The notes under the pieces: model-generated
Database searches by the model: none
The model's input: the letters and a program-made list of their open reading frames with translations, nothing else
What the model was told of the DNA's origin: nothing
Program-made: the position numbers and the translations under genes
In this document: one piece after another, positions 24,633-34,676 of the stretch
Position numbering within the stretch: position 1 is the first letter of the stretch
Layout of the letters: each line of letters opens with the position of its first letter
NCBI GenBank assembly: GCA_049279755.1
Contig: JBAPOS010000008.1
Location: forward strand, 1 to 59,131
Reading direction: 5' to 3'
DNA length: 59,131 bases
Source: Candidatus Dormiibacterota bacterium
GTDB lineage: Bacteria; Chloroflexota; Dormibacteria; Aeolococcales; Aeolococcaceae

Positions 24633-24953
24633 TCAGCGTGCCGGGCGTGGTGGGAATTTTCGCCGCCACGCGTCGCCGAGTAGATCCACGAACACATCGT
24701 GATCAACACGAGCGAGGTCCACGCGCACGCCGCGGAGTCGCTTGCCCCACCACAGCTCCTCGCAGCCCTCGGGATCGATTGCCACCGCGGCCTGAACGCG
24801 TGACTCATCGAGCATCACGTTGAAGTGCAGCGCGTCCGGTTGGGTTGCAAAGATCCTGCCGGCAACCCGAAACGACGGGAATCCGTGGTGATCCTGTTCG
24901 ACGGCCTCGGGCAGGGACAGGGCAGACTCTCGGGCCCGCTCCAGTGTGATCAT
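24633..24953 (-). CDS. MmcQ/YjbR-family protein
   Basis: 106 aa; ALSLPEAVEQDHHGFPSFRVAGRIFA is typical of the YjbR family. Confidence 0.7.
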   Translation of the reverse strand: MITLERARESALSLPEAVEQDHHGFPSFRVAGRIFATQPDALHFNVMLDESRVQAAVAIDPEGCEELWWGKRLRGVRVDLARVDHDVFVDLLGDAWRRKFPPRPAR

Positions 24954-24986
24954 CGTGTGCCCTCGCCAGTCACGCCGCGACTGCTT

Positions 24987-26420
24987 CTATGTGAGCCGGA
25001 CCGCACCCGTGAGGTACGCGTCGCAGCTCCGTGCGGCCGCGCGGCCGTCTGCGATTGCCCAGACGATCAGCGATGCACCGCGCACCGCATCCCCGGCCGC
25101 GAAAACGCCGGGAGTTGCGCAGGCGAACGCCTCGTCGACAGCAATGTTGCCGGCATCATCCACTGGGACGGACAGTTCATCGAGCAACGCGGATCGCGTC
25201 GCCCCGTCGTAGCCGATGGCGATGAGCACGAGGTCGGACTCAATGTGCACCTCTTCGCCGGGAAGCGGGACAAACGTGCGCCTTCCATTCTCACGGCGTG
25301 CCTCGACGCGGGCCGCGCGAACACCCTGCACGGCGCCGTTCTCGCCCTCGAAGCGTGTGACCATGAGGCCGAACTCACGTGAGCCACCCTCGTCGTGGGC
25401 CGGGTAGGTGCGCAGGATCAGCGGCCATCGCGGCCACGGATTTCCCTCCGGTCTCGAGTCGGGGGGCTGCGCGTAGATGTAGAGCTGCTGCACCTCGCTG
25501 CACTGCTCGCGGATCACGTTGCCGAGGCAGTCGGCGCCGGTGTCGCCGCCGCCGATGATGATCACCTTGCGGCCTCGCGCGGTGATCTCGGGTCTGGCGT
25601 TGACGCGATCCCCTGCAACTCTGCGGTTCTGCTGCACCAGGTAATCCATGGCGAAGTGAATCCCGTTGAGGTTGCGTCCGGGGACGTCGATGTCGCGCGG
25701 TCGATCTGCGCCGACGCCGAGGACGACCGCGTCGAAGCGCGCGCGCAATTCTTCGGTGGTCACGTCGCTCCCGATGTCGTACCCGGTCTCGAAAGTGATC
25801 CCCTCGGCCTCGAGCAGATCGATGCGCCGGTCAAGGACCCACTTCTCCATCTTGAAGTCAGGGATCCCGTAGCGGAGGAGTCCGCCGACGCGGTCCGAGC
25901 GCTCGAAGACGGTCACGTGGTGGCCGGCGCGATTGAGCTGCTGCGCTGCGGCGAGTCCCGCGGGACCTGAGCCGACGACAGCGACTCGACGTCCGGTTCG
26001 GTGCGCCGGCGGTCTGGCACGGATCCAGCCTTCGTCGAAGGCGCGGTCAATGATGGACTGTTCGATCTGCTTGATCGCGACCGCGTCGTCGTTGATCGCG
26101 AGCACGCACGCCGGCTCGCAGGGGGCGGGACAGAGACGGCCCGTGAACTCCGGAAAGTTGTTGGTGGCATGGAGCCGTTCGATCGCGGCCCTCCAGTCGT
26201 CGCGGTAGACGAGATCGTTCCACTCCGGGATGAGATTGCCGAGAGGGCAACCGTCGTGGCAGAAGGCGACTCCGCAGTCCATGCACCGCGCGCCCTGTTC
26301 GCGCAGCACCTGCAGCGGCAGGGGCATGTACACCTCGCGGTAGTCGCCGATCCGTTCGGCCACCGGCCGCTTGTGGGCGGTGTGCCGCGTATGCTCGAGA
26401 AAGCCGGTGCGACTGCCCAT
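24987..26420 (-). CDS. gltD: Glutamate synthase (NADPH) small subunit
   Basis: Start [10 protein letters not shown] at ATG 26420. Cys clusters CMDCGVAFC.../CPAPCEPAC and dinucleotide motif VAVVGSGPAGLAAAQQL. The upstream extension in the ORF track overlaps gltB. Confidence 0.92.
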   Translation of the reverse strand: MGSRTGFLEHTRHTAHKRPVAERIGDYREVYMPLPLQVLREQGARCMDCGVAFCHDGCPLGNLIPEWNDLVYRDDWRAAIERLHATNNFPEFTGRLCPAPCEPACVLAINDDAVAIKQIEQSIIDRAFDEGWIRARPPAHRTGRRVAVVGSGPAGLAAAQQLNRAGHHVTVFERSDRVGGLLRYGIPDFKMEKWVLDRRIDLLEAEGITFETGYDIGSDVTTEELRARFDAVVLGVGADRPRDIDVPGRNLNGIHFAMDYLVQQNRRVAGDRVNARPEITARGRKVIIIGGGDTGADCLGNVIREQCSEVQQLYIYAQPPDSRPEGNPWPRWPLILRTYPAHDEGGSREFGLMVTRFEGENGAVQGVRAARVEARRENGRRTFVPLPGEEVHIESDLVLIAIGYDGATRSALLDELSVPVDDAGNIAVDEAFACATPGVFAAGDAVRGASLIVWAIADGRAAARSCDAYLTGAVRLT

Positions 26421-29400
26421 CAGCCCACCAGCTCGAGTTGCGCGCGCAGCGCGCGCCGGTACTCCTCCGGCATCACCTTGATGAAGTGCTCGCGCTCCTG
26501 GGTCCACGTCCGAAGCAGTCGCTCCGCCATCGCGCTGCCGGTGAGCGCGAGGTGTCGCACAAGCAGTCCGTGAACCAGTTCGTGATCCTCGGCGCCGAGC
26601 GGCTCGAGGGACACGGACGCGCCGTTGCAACGCTCGGCAAAGGTGCGCTCGTCATCGAGCACGTACGCGACGCCCCCACTCATGCCCGCGGCGAAGTTCC
26701 TGCCGGTCTCGCCGAGCACGACGACGGTTCCACCGGTCATGTACTCGCAGCCATGATCACCGACACCCTCGACCACGGCGACCGCGCCTGAGTTGCGCAC
26801 GCAGAAGCGCTCGCCTGCCACCCCGCGAATGAACGCCTCACCGGAGGTGGCGCCGTACAGCGCGACATTGCCAATGATGATGTTGTCCTCGGCACGCCGC
26901 GTGGCGCGCTCCGGCGGAAGGATGACCAGCCGGCCCCCGGAGAGTCCCTTGCCCACGTAGTCGTTCGCCTCACCGCGCAGGGTGAGCGTCACCCCGTTCG
27001 CCAGCCATGCGCCGAATGACTGACCCGCGGCGCCGTCCAGCTCAACCGCGATGGCGCCGTCAGGCAGTCCGTCGGCGCCATGCCGCCGGGCGATCTCTCC
27101 GCTGAGCATCGCACCGACGCAGCGATGCACGTTGCGCACCGGCAGGCGCATGCGAACAGGTCCGCCGCTGTCGAGTTCCGCGCCGCAGCGCGCCAGGATC
27201 TCGTTGTCGAGCATGTCACCCAGATCTGCAATCTGGTGCGTGCTGTGCCGGCGGTTGTCGGGGGAATCAACCTCGGGAACCATCAACAGCGGCCCCAGGT
27301 CGAGTCCGCGAGCTTTCCAGTGCTCCACGGCTGAGGTCGCCTGGATGAGATCGACGCGCCCGATCATGTCCTCGAAACGGCGGAATCCGAGCCGGGACAT
27401 CCAGCGGCGCACGTCCTCGGCGAGGAAGACCATGAACGCCACGACGTGCTCGGGGCGACCCGCGAACCGGGCGCGCAGCACCGGGTCCTGGGTGGCGATG
27501 CCGACCGGGCACGTGTTGAGATGGCAGACGCGCATCATCACGCACCCCGCCGCGATGAGCGGCGCTGTCGCAAATGCGAACTCGTCGGCGCCCAGAAGGG
27601 CCCCGACGACGACGTCACGGCCGGTCTTCATCTGTCCGTCGGCCAGCAACGCGACCCGGCTCCGGAGCCGCTGACGGATGAGTACCTGCTGGGTTTCCGC
27701 GAGCCCCAGCTCCCAGGGCACGCCCGCATGTTTGATCGCCGTCAGTGGAGAGGCCCCGGTACCACCCTCGTAGCCGGCGATGACGATGTGATCGGCTCGC
27801 GCCTTGGCCACACCCGCGGCCACCGTGCCCACGCCTGCCTCCGCAACCAGCTTCACGCTGATCCGCGCTCGCGGATTCACGCAGCGAAGGTCCCATATGA
27901 GCTGGGCGAGGTCCTCGATCGAGTAGATGTCGTGGTGTGGCGGCGGGGAGATGAGCCCGACCCCCGGCGTCGAGTGACGCAACCTCGCGATCGCCTCGTC
28001 AACCTTGGGCCCGGGCAGTTGACCCCCCTCGCCGGGTTTCGCACCCTGGGCGATCTTGATCTGCAATTCCTCGGCGTTCACCAGGTAGTGGGCGGTGACG
28101 CCGAAGCGTGCCGATGCGACCTGCTTGATCGCGCTGCGCCGCCAGTCGCCGTTGGCATCGGGCTCGAAGCGCGACGAATCCTCCCCGCCTTCACCGGTGT
28201 TGGATCGCGCTCCGATGCGATTCATCGCAATCGCGAGCAGCTCGTGCGCCTCCTTGCTCAGCGAACCGTGCGACATGCCACCCGTGGAGAAACGGCGCAC
28301 GATATCGAGCGCCGGTTCGACCTCATCGAGCGGCACCGGATCGTGGGCCTCGCGCAGCCTGAAGAGGCCCCGAAGACTCTTCAACCGGCGCGACTCGTCG
28401 TCGGCAAGCGACACGTAACGGCGGAACTCGGCTTCGTCGTTGGACTTGACCGCATGCTGGAGCGCGCCGATCACCTCGGGATTCCACTGATGATGCTCAC
28501 CATCGCGACGCCAGCGATACTCTCCACGGTCCTCAAGGGTGGGCGATGTGATGCGCACGTCCGGGAATGCGCGCTGGTGGCGCGCGATCGCCTCTTCTGC
28601 AATGACGTCCATCCCGATGCCGCCGATGCGCGACGGGGTGTTCGGGAAGTAGCGATCCACCACGGTCCGGTCGATACCGAGACATTCGAAGATCTGCGCG
28701 CCGCAGTACGACAGGATCGTCGAGATGCCCATACGCGCAATCGTCTTGCGCAGCCCCTTGACGAGTGCCTGCACGTAGAGCTCTTCGGCGCGCGCGGCGT
28801 CGACGGTCGGCGGCATCAGGTCGCGGCGCGCGAGCTCCGCGATGGTCTCGAACGCGAGATACGGGTTAACGGCCTCGGCGCCGTAACCGATGAGCAACGC
28901 GAGGTGCATCACCTCGCGCGCCTCGCCGGTTTCGATGACCAGACCGACGCCGGTGCGCGTTTGCTCGCGAACCAGATGGTGATGCACGGCGGCGGTGGCG
29001 AGCAGGGACGGGATGGGCACGTGCGAGGCGTCGATATGTCGGTCGCTGAGGATGAGGACGGTTGCCCCGGCTTCGATCTGCTTCGACGCCAACCGGCAGA
29101 TCCGCTCGATGCCCGCGACCAGCCCGGCCGCGCCCCCGTCGCGGTGGAAGACCATGGAGATCGTCTCCGCCGGGAACTGGCGCTGGGTCACATGGCGGAG
29201 CGTCTCGAGATCGTGGTTGGTGAGCACCGGATGAGGCATCTCGAGTCGCTTCGCCTGAGCAGGCCCTTGCTCGAGAAGATTCCCACCGGCACCGAGGCTG
29301 GTCTCCAGCGACATCACCGCCTGCTCGCGAATGGGGTCGATGGGCGGGTTGGTGACCTGGGCGAACAGCTGCTTGAAGTAGTTGAACAGCGGAAGCGGCC

Positions 29401-30943
29401 GTTCGCTGAGTACGGCGAGTGGCGTGTCGTTGCCCATCGATCCAACTGCCTCTTCGCCGGTCGCGCCCATCGGCTCGAGCAGCATCTCGACGTCCTCGAT
29501 GCTGTATCCGAAGGCCTGCTGGCGCACCAGGAGCGTGCCCGGATCCGGAGCGGTCGCATGGTCGGGCGGATCGAGCTCGTCAAGGTGCACGGTCCCTTCG
29601 CGGATCCATTCGCGATACGGCTGCTCCGAGCTGAGCGTGCTCTTGACCGCGGCGTCGTCGAGAATGCGACCGGCCGCCGTGTCGACGAGCAGGAGGCGTC
29701 CGGGTTCGAGCCGCCACTTCCTGGCAATGCGCTCCTCTGGAATGTCGAGGACGCCCGCCTCCGATGCCATCACCACGAGGCCGTCCTCTGTGACGAGGTA
29801 CCGCGCCGGGCGCAGTCCGTTGCGGTCGAGCGTCGCACCGATCACGCGCCCGTCGGTGAACGCGATCGCCGCCGGTCCGTCCCACGGTTCGAGCAGCGCG
29901 CTGTGAAATTCGTAGAAGGCGCGTCGCTCATCGTCCATCAGCGGGTTGTGGTGCCACGCCTCCGGGATCATCATCATCACCGCGTGCTCGATCGAGCGAC
30001 CACTCTTGGCGAGGAGCTCGAGAGCGTTGTCGAACTGCGAGGAGTCCGAGCCGGACTCATCGAGCACGGGCATCAACTTCGCGATGTCGTCGCCAAAATG
30101 CGGGCTGCGGAACTTCGACTGGCGCGCGCGCATCCAGTTGACGTTGCCGCGGAGCGTGTTGATCTCGCCGTTGTGTGCGGACATGCGGAAGGGCTGGGCG
30201 AGGTCCCAGCGGGGCAGCACGTTGGTTGAGAACCGCGCGTGGACCATGGCCAGCATCGAGGTGACCCGCTCGTCGAGCAGGTCCGGATAGAAGCCCGAGA
30301 GCTGCGCCGCCGTGAGCATTCCCTTGTAGACGAGCGTTCGGCTGGACAGGCTGGCCCAGTGGAATCGATCCCGGCCGATCCCGGCGGCCAGGGCGTCGCG
30401 TTCGATGACTCTCCGAAGAACCAGGAGCCGGCCTTCGAGCGCCGAGCCCTCCAACCCGATGGCGGCGACGAAGAGTTGACGCAGTGCCGGCTGAGCCGTC
30501 CGGGCTGATCGTCCCAGCGCCTCGCCGTTCACCGGCACGTCGCGCCAGCCGAGCAGGCGCAATCCCTCGGCCCGGCAGGCCCGAAGCGTGATCTCCTCGC
30601 ACTCTGCGCGTTGGTCGGGGTCCTGGGGGAGCATCGCCATGCCGACGCCGTACGAGCCCGGCGACGGCAACTTCAGGCCGGACGTCTCGCGAAGGAATTC
30701 GTCCGGAATTTGGAGGAGAATGCCCGCGCCGTCACCGCTGTCCGGCTCGGCGCCGGATGCGCCACGGTGACCGAGGTTGACGAGCGCCTGAATCCCCTGC
30801 TCGACCACCGAATGGGCGGGACCACCGGTGATCCGGGCGACGAATGCCACGCCGCAGGCATCGTGTTCGACGGCAGCATCGAACAGACCTCGATTCGGGG
30901 GCTGCGTGCCTACGTGCTCGCCGATACGTGCGTAGCCTGACAT
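26420..30943 (-). CDS. gltB: Glutamate synthase large subunit
   Basis: 1507 aa with the N-terminal amidotransferase [12 protein letters not shown], followed by central, FMN and GXGXG domains. 1-nt TGATG overlap with gltD. Confidence 0.95.
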   Translation of the reverse strand: MSGYARIGEHVGTQPPNRGLFDAAVEHDACGVAFVARITGGPAHSVVEQGIQALVNLGHRGASGAEPDSGDGAGILLQIPDEFLRETSGLKLPSPGSYGVGMAMLPQDPDQRAECEEITLRACRAEGLRLLGWRDVPVNGEALGRSARTAQPALRQLFVAAIGLEGSALEGRLLVLRRVIERDALAAGIGRDRFHWASLSSRTLVYKGMLTAAQLSGFYPDLLDERVTSMLAMVHARFSTNVLPRWDLAQPFRMSAHNGEINTLRGNVNWMRARQSKFRSPHFGDDIAKLMPVLDESGSDSSQFDNALELLAKSGRSIEHAVMMMIPEAWHHNPLMDDERRAFYEFHSALLEPWDGPAAIAFTDGRVIGATLDRNGLRPARYLVTEDGLVVMASEAGVLDIPEERIARKWRLEPGRLLLVDTAAGRILDDAAVKSTLSSEQPYREWIREGTVHLDELDPPDHATAPDPGTLLVRQQAFGYSIEDVEMLLEPMGATGEEAVGSMGNDTPLAVLSERPLPLFNYFKQLFAQVTNPPIDPIREQAVMSLETSLGAGGNLLEQGPAQAKRLEMPHPVLTNHDLETLRHVTQRQFPAETISMVFHRDGGAAGLVAGIERICRLASKQIEAGATVLILSDRHIDASHVPIPSLLATAAVHHHLVREQTRTGVGLVIETGEAREVMHLALLIGYGAEAVNPYLAFETIAELARRDLMPPTVDAARAEELYVQALVKGLRKTIARMGISTILSYCGAQIFECLGIDRTVVDRYFPNTPSRIGGIGMDVIAEEAIARHQRAFPDVRITSPTLEDRGEYRWRRDGEHHQWNPEVIGALQHAVKSNDEAEFRRYVSLADDESRRLKSLRGLFRLREAHDPVPLDEVEPALDIVRRFSTGGMSHGSLSKEAHELLAIAMNRIGARSNTGEGGEDSSRFEPDANGDWRRSAIKQVASARFGVTAHYLVNAEELQIKIAQGAKPGEGGQLPGPKVDEAIARLRHSTPGVGLISPPPHHDIYSIEDLAQLIWDLRCVNPRARISVKLVAEAGVGTVAAGVAKARADHIVIAGYEGGTGASPLTAIKHAGVPWELGLAETQQVLIRQRLRSRVALLADGQMKTGRDVVVGALLGADEFAFATAPLIAAGCVMMRVCHLNTCPVGIATQDPVLRARFAGRPEHVVAFMVFLAEDVRRWMSRLGFRRFEDMIGRVDLIQATSAVEHWKARGLDLGPLLMVPEVDSPDNRRHSTHQIADLGDMLDNEILARCGAELDSGGPVRMRLPVRNVHRCVGAMLSGEIARRHGADGLPDGAIAVELDGAAGQSFGAWLANGVTLTLRGEANDYVGKGLSGGRLVILPPERATRRAEDNIIIGNVALYGATSGEAFIRGVAGERFCVRNSGAVAVVEGVGDHGCEYMTGGTVVVLGETGRNFAAGMSGGVAYVLDDERTFAERCNGASVSLEPLGAEDHELVHGLLVRHLALTGSAMAERLLRTWTQEREHFIKVMPEEYRRALRAQLELVG

Positions 30944-31125
30944 GCTCGGACGATCAGATCAAGCCGAGCATCCGCGACGCGCTTGCTGTGCTAGTCTGTG
31001 GCCAAATGGCCGCAACTGCGCGTCGATACTTTGGCCCGCCAGCCGTAAGGCTGCCGGGGGTCTTCTAACCCGACCGCGCAGTCGTTACCAGGGCTGGTTC
31101 ATCAGAGATGGGTCAGCCCGGGATC

Positions 31126-31151
31126 CCGTGTGGTGGCCCATCACCACACGG
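31126..31151 (+). promoter_or_regulatory. Perfect 10-bp-stem hairpin abutting the SD of the DAHP synthase gene
   Basis: CCGTGTGGTG-GCCCAT-CACCACACGG. The 3' arm ends in the first two G of the SD GGAGG (31150-31154), 9 nt upstream of GTG 31164. Confidence 0.35.
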
Positions 31152-31163
31152 AGGTGCCTCACA

Positions 31164-32249
31164 GTGACCATCGAGCCGCTGCTGCTCAGCGCGACACGAC
31201 GACACGACACACACCAGGTGGACATCGGCGCCGTGGCGGTCGGCGGTGACACGGTGCCGGTCATCGCCGGGCCATGCGCGGTAGAGCCCGGTTACGTCGA
31301 CCATGCGGTCGCCGTGCATCGAGCGGGGGCGTCCGCGCTGCGCGGGTCCGTGTTCAAGCCGCGCACACGGCCAGGATCCTTCCAGGGCCTGGGGAGCGCC
31401 GGCCTTCCCCTGCTCGACGAGGCGCGACGCATCACCGGTCTACCAGTGATCGCGGAACCGCTCGCCGGCGACGACATCGAGGTGCTCCGCGGTCACACCG
31501 ACGCGCTCCTCATCGGAGCACGCTCGATGCACAACACCCCGCTTCTGCGTGCGGCCGGTGAGAGCGGCATGACCGTCATCCTCAAGCGAGGAATGTCCGC
31601 GACCTATGACGAATGGCTCGCCGCCGCCGACTACATCATCGCTGAAGGCAACCGCCAGGTCATCCTCTGCGAGCGCGGTATCCGGACCTTCGAGACCGCG
31701 ACCCGCAACACCCTCGACGTGAGCGCGATCGCCGTGCTCCGCGACAGGACCGACCTGCCGATCGCGGTCGACCCCAGCCACGCTGCCGGGAACTCGAGGT
31801 GGGTGCCGTCGCTGGCGGTCGCGGCGCTGGCGGCCGGAGCGGACGCTCTGCTCGTCGAGTGTCATCCAGATCCGGCGGAATCGCTGTGCGATGCCGCACA
31901 GGCAATCACGCCAGCGATGCTGAGCCGGATCGTGCACGCGTCCCGGGCGCTGTGCACGATGACACGCCCCGCCGTCGCGGACACCGTCGTGCGCTGCCGC
32001 GCGGTGATCGATACCATCGACGAAACCGTGTTCCGCATGCTCGAATACCGCGCCGCGATGGTCGAGGCCGTCCAGCAGTGCAAGCTGGCTGCGGCGATGC
32101 CAGAACGTGATGAAGCTCGCGAGCAGGAAATCGTGGAGCGCCTCTCGAGGCACGCACCCCGGCTCGGGGAGCATCGCGTCGACCGCCTCGTCCACGCGAT
32201 CATCGACGAATGTCTGGATGCGGTGCAGGTGCCGCAGGCGGTCGCGTGA
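31164..32249 (+). CDS. 3-deoxy-7-phosphoheptulonate (DAHP) synthase type I-beta fused to a C-terminal chorismate mutase domain
   Basis: VIAGPCAVE...FKPRTRPGSFQGLG...DPSHAAG (DAHPS/KDO8PS-type core), then a C-terminal AroQ-like helical segment IDTIDETVFRMLEYRAAMVEAVQQCK...REQEIVERL. GTG 31164 is preceded by an SD, but the start is uncertain. Confidence 0.85.
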   Translation: MTIEPLLLSATRRHDTHQVDIGAVAVGGDTVPVIAGPCAVEPGYVDHAVAVHRAGASALRGSVFKPRTRPGSFQGLGSAGLPLLDEARRITGLPVIAEPLAGDDIEVLRGHTDALLIGARSMHNTPLLRAAGESGMTVILKRGMSATYDEWLAAADYIIAEGNRQVILCERGIRTFETATRNTLDVSAIAVLRDRTDLPIAVDPSHAAGNSRWVPSLAVAALAAGADALLVECHPDPAESLCDAAQAITPAMLSRIVHASRALCTMTRPAVADTVVRCRAVIDTIDETVFRMLEYRAAMVEAVQQCKLAAAMPERDEAREQEIVERLSRHAPRLGEHRVDRLVHAIIDECLDAVQVPQAVA

Positions 32250-32342
32250 GCATGGATCGGTGGCTGCGCCGTACCGCTTGACAAGTAGCCGTGCGGCCGG
32301 CGAACGGCGCGCGCTGCTGCGAACCCTGCACCGGTTTGCCGG

Positions 32343-34199
32343 GTGACGGCCGCTCACCCGCTGCGGATCGGACCGGTGCAGGAGCGCACCCTGGTCGAGC
32401 TGTTCAAGCGTCAGGCCGGCGCGCGCGGCGACAGGCCGGCCATGTTCCACCGCGCCGGCGATCGCTGGGAGTCGACCGCCTGGAATGCCTACGCCAAGGA
32501 GGCTCGGGCGCTGGCCGCGTTCTTCATCGACGCGGGGCTCCAGGAGGGAGAGCACGTCGCAATCTGGTCGTTCAACCGGCCGGAATTCATCATCAGCAGC
32601 ACCGCGACGATGCTCGCTCGAGCCTGCACCGCGCCGCTGTACCAGACGCTGAGCGCGCGTGAGGCCGGCTATGTGCTCGGACACTCGGGCGCGCCCATCG
32701 CCGTCGTGGAGAACGAGCACCTCCTCGCCAAGGTGCTCGAGGTGCGAGCCCAGCTACCGGCCCTGCGGTGCGTGGTGCTGATGCAGGGCTCAGGCGCCGG
32801 AGGCGGCGCACTCGCCGTCTGCTCCTGGAACGACGCACTCCAGCGCGGGCGCGACGCCTTGGAGCGGGTCGCAACCGAGCTGGACAGCCGCTCCGAGGCC
32901 GTGCAGCCGTCCGACGTCGCCACGCTCGTGTACACCAGCGGCACGACCGGACCGCCCAAGGCGGTGATGGCAACCCACGGCAATCTGATCGCGGCCATCA
33001 ACGGCCTCGGACCCATCGTCGACCTCTCAACGGACGACCGCGTCCTCAGCTACCTGCCGCTCGCCCACATTCTCGAGCGCCTCAACAGTGAGGTACGCCT
33101 GTACGCCGCCGGCAACGCGATCTGGTTCGCCGCGTCGATCGCCGAGCTGTCCGGGGAGCTCCGTGATCTCCGCCCGACCTGCTTCGTGGGCGTGCCCCGC
33201 GTCTGGGAAAAGATGGAGGCGACCATCGAGGCCGTGATCGACGCGATGCCGAGCGCGCGCCGCCGCCTGGTCCGGTGGGCCATCGAGGTCGGCGGGCAGG
33301 CGGTCGATCGAAGGCAGCGACATCAGCCGGCGACCTGGGCGCAGCGGCTGCGCGGGCGCGCGGCGGATCGCCTCGTCCTGCGACGGATCCGCGAGCAGAC
33401 CGGTCTCGACCAGGCGCACACGTTGATCACCGGGGCGGCGCCGATCGCGGTACACGTCCTGCGCTTCTTCCACGCAATCGGGCTTGAGGTTCTCGAGGGC
33501 TACGGGATGAGTGAGAACATGACCGTGACGAGTGTCAACCGTCGCGGCCACGCACGCCTTGGCACGGTGGGGCAGGCCGTGGACGGCGTTGCGATACGCA
33601 TCGCCGACGACGGCGAGATCCAGATGCGCGGTGACGTGGTGTTCGCCGGCTACTACAAGGATCCGGCGGCGACGGCTGCAACCGTGATCGACGGCTGGCT
33701 GCACACCGGCGACATCGGCGCCCTTGATGCCGACGGCTATCTGAGCATCACCGACCGGAAGAAGGATCTGATCATCACGGCGGGAGGCAAGAACATCTCT
33801 CCAAGCAACATCGAGGATGCGCTGCGCAGCGAATTGATCGCAAACCCGGTGGTGATCGGCGACGGGCGGCCGTACATCGTCGCGTTGCTGGCCCTCGACG
33901 CGTCAGCCCTCGAGGCCTTTGCATTCAGGCACGGTCTTCCCACCCAGGCCGACGAACTGCCGCGCCACCCCACCCTCCTCGATGCCGTCCAGCAGCGCGT
34001 CGATGCGGTCAACAGCGGTCTTGCACGAGTTGAACAGGTGCGGCGCTGGATGGTGCTGCCTGGGGAGTTCGCTGTCGGGGTCGAGCTGACTCCGACGTAC
34101 AAGGTTCGGCGCCGGGTCGTCGCCGATCGCTTTGCGGCAGAGATCGAGAGCCTCTACGCACCGAGACCAGACTCCGTCCGTCCGGTTCCTCCATCATGA
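32343..34199 (+). CDS. Long-chain acyl-CoA ligase (AMP-dependent synthetase)
   Basis: YTSGTTGPPKAVMATHGNL AMP motif, GYGMSE, TGDIG..D.DGYL.ITDRKKD. Confidence 0.88.
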   Translation: MTAAHPLRIGPVQERTLVELFKRQAGARGDRPAMFHRAGDRWESTAWNAYAKEARALAAFFIDAGLQEGEHVAIWSFNRPEFIISSTATMLARACTAPLYQTLSAREAGYVLGHSGAPIAVVENEHLLAKVLEVRAQLPALRCVVLMQGSGAGGGALAVCSWNDALQRGRDALERVATELDSRSEAVQPSDVATLVYTSGTTGPPKAVMATHGNLIAAINGLGPIVDLSTDDRVLSYLPLAHILERLNSEVRLYAAGNAIWFAASIAELSGELRDLRPTCFVGVPRVWEKMEATIEAVIDAMPSARRRLVRWAIEVGGQAVDRRQRHQPATWAQRLRGRAADRLVLRRIREQTGLDQAHTLITGAAPIAVHVLRFFHAIGLEVLEGYGMSENMTVTSVNRRGHARLGTVGQAVDGVAIRIADDGEIQMRGDVVFAGYYKDPAATAATVIDGWLHTGDIGALDADGYLSITDRKKDLIITAGGKNISPSNIEDALRSELIANPVVIGDGRPYIVALLALDASALEAFAFRHGLPTQADELPRHPTLLDAVQQRVDAVNSGLARVEQVRRWMVLPGEFAVGVELTPTYKVRRRVVADRFAAEIESLYAPRPDSVRPVPPS

Positions 34200-34203
34200 G
34201 GAG

Positions 34204-34584
34204 ATGACTGAGCATCCCGAAGATCTCCCGTGGAACGACGCTCCCGCCGACTCGGATGCGCCGCTTGGGAGCGGGGACCCTGACCCGGCCGAAGTGACCG
34301 GTGACGAGGACGACCCGGCGATTCGAGACGCGTCACTCGCAGGGCGGCTGCACGACGTCTACGAATACCGGCGCGAGACCCTCGACGAGCGACTCAGCGA
34401 GGAGGAGCCCGATCGCGCAGCGGAATCGCAGGAGCCGGAAGCAGGTGCGCTTCAGGCACCGGAGAGCGGCGACGACGATATCGCTCTCCTGGCTGGAGAA
34501 GCCGATGGATTCGATTCGTTGGAACCTGACGACGAGTCCGCAGAGGACGCCGCCATCCACGTCATCCCAGACGGCGGGGAGTAG
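34204..34584 (+). CDS. Highly acidic small protein (DUF5709-like)
   Basis: 126 aa, Asp/Glu-rich (…DEDDPAIRDASLAGRLHDVYEYRRETLDERLSEEEPD…). Start at ATG 34204, just after the ligase stop. Confidence 0.6.
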   Translation: MTEHPEDLPWNDAPADSDAPLGSGDPDPAEVTGDEDDPAIRDASLAGRLHDVYEYRRETLDERLSEEEPDRAAESQEPEAGALQAPESGDDDIALLAGEADGFDSLEPDDESAEDAAIHVIPDGGE

Positions 34585-34676
34585 TCCGCCGGCCGTCCGG
34601 CCGCGCCGGGGCGTTCCTCGTGGATGGGAACCGCGCGATCGGTCACTTGACCCGGCATCGATCCACCTAAGCTTGG

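Noticed and set aside
27446-30229. 927-aa ORF on the + strand
   Set aside because: Antisense to gltB, whose 1507-aa product is unmistakable. No recognisable domain; a GC-driven lack of stop codons.
31084-31100. GlnR-box-like sequence GTTAC-N7-GGTTC between gltB and the DAHPS gene
   Set aside because: The spacing (7 rather than 6) and half-site sequence do not match the gTnAc-n6-GaAAc consensus well enough, and only a single pair of half-sites is present.
30942-31163. In-frame upstream extension of the DAHP synthase ORF
   Set aside because: The region is the divergent gltB/DAHPS intergenic region. It shows no DAHPS homology and has an SD plus GTG at 31164. GTG 31128 is kept as an alternative in the findings.
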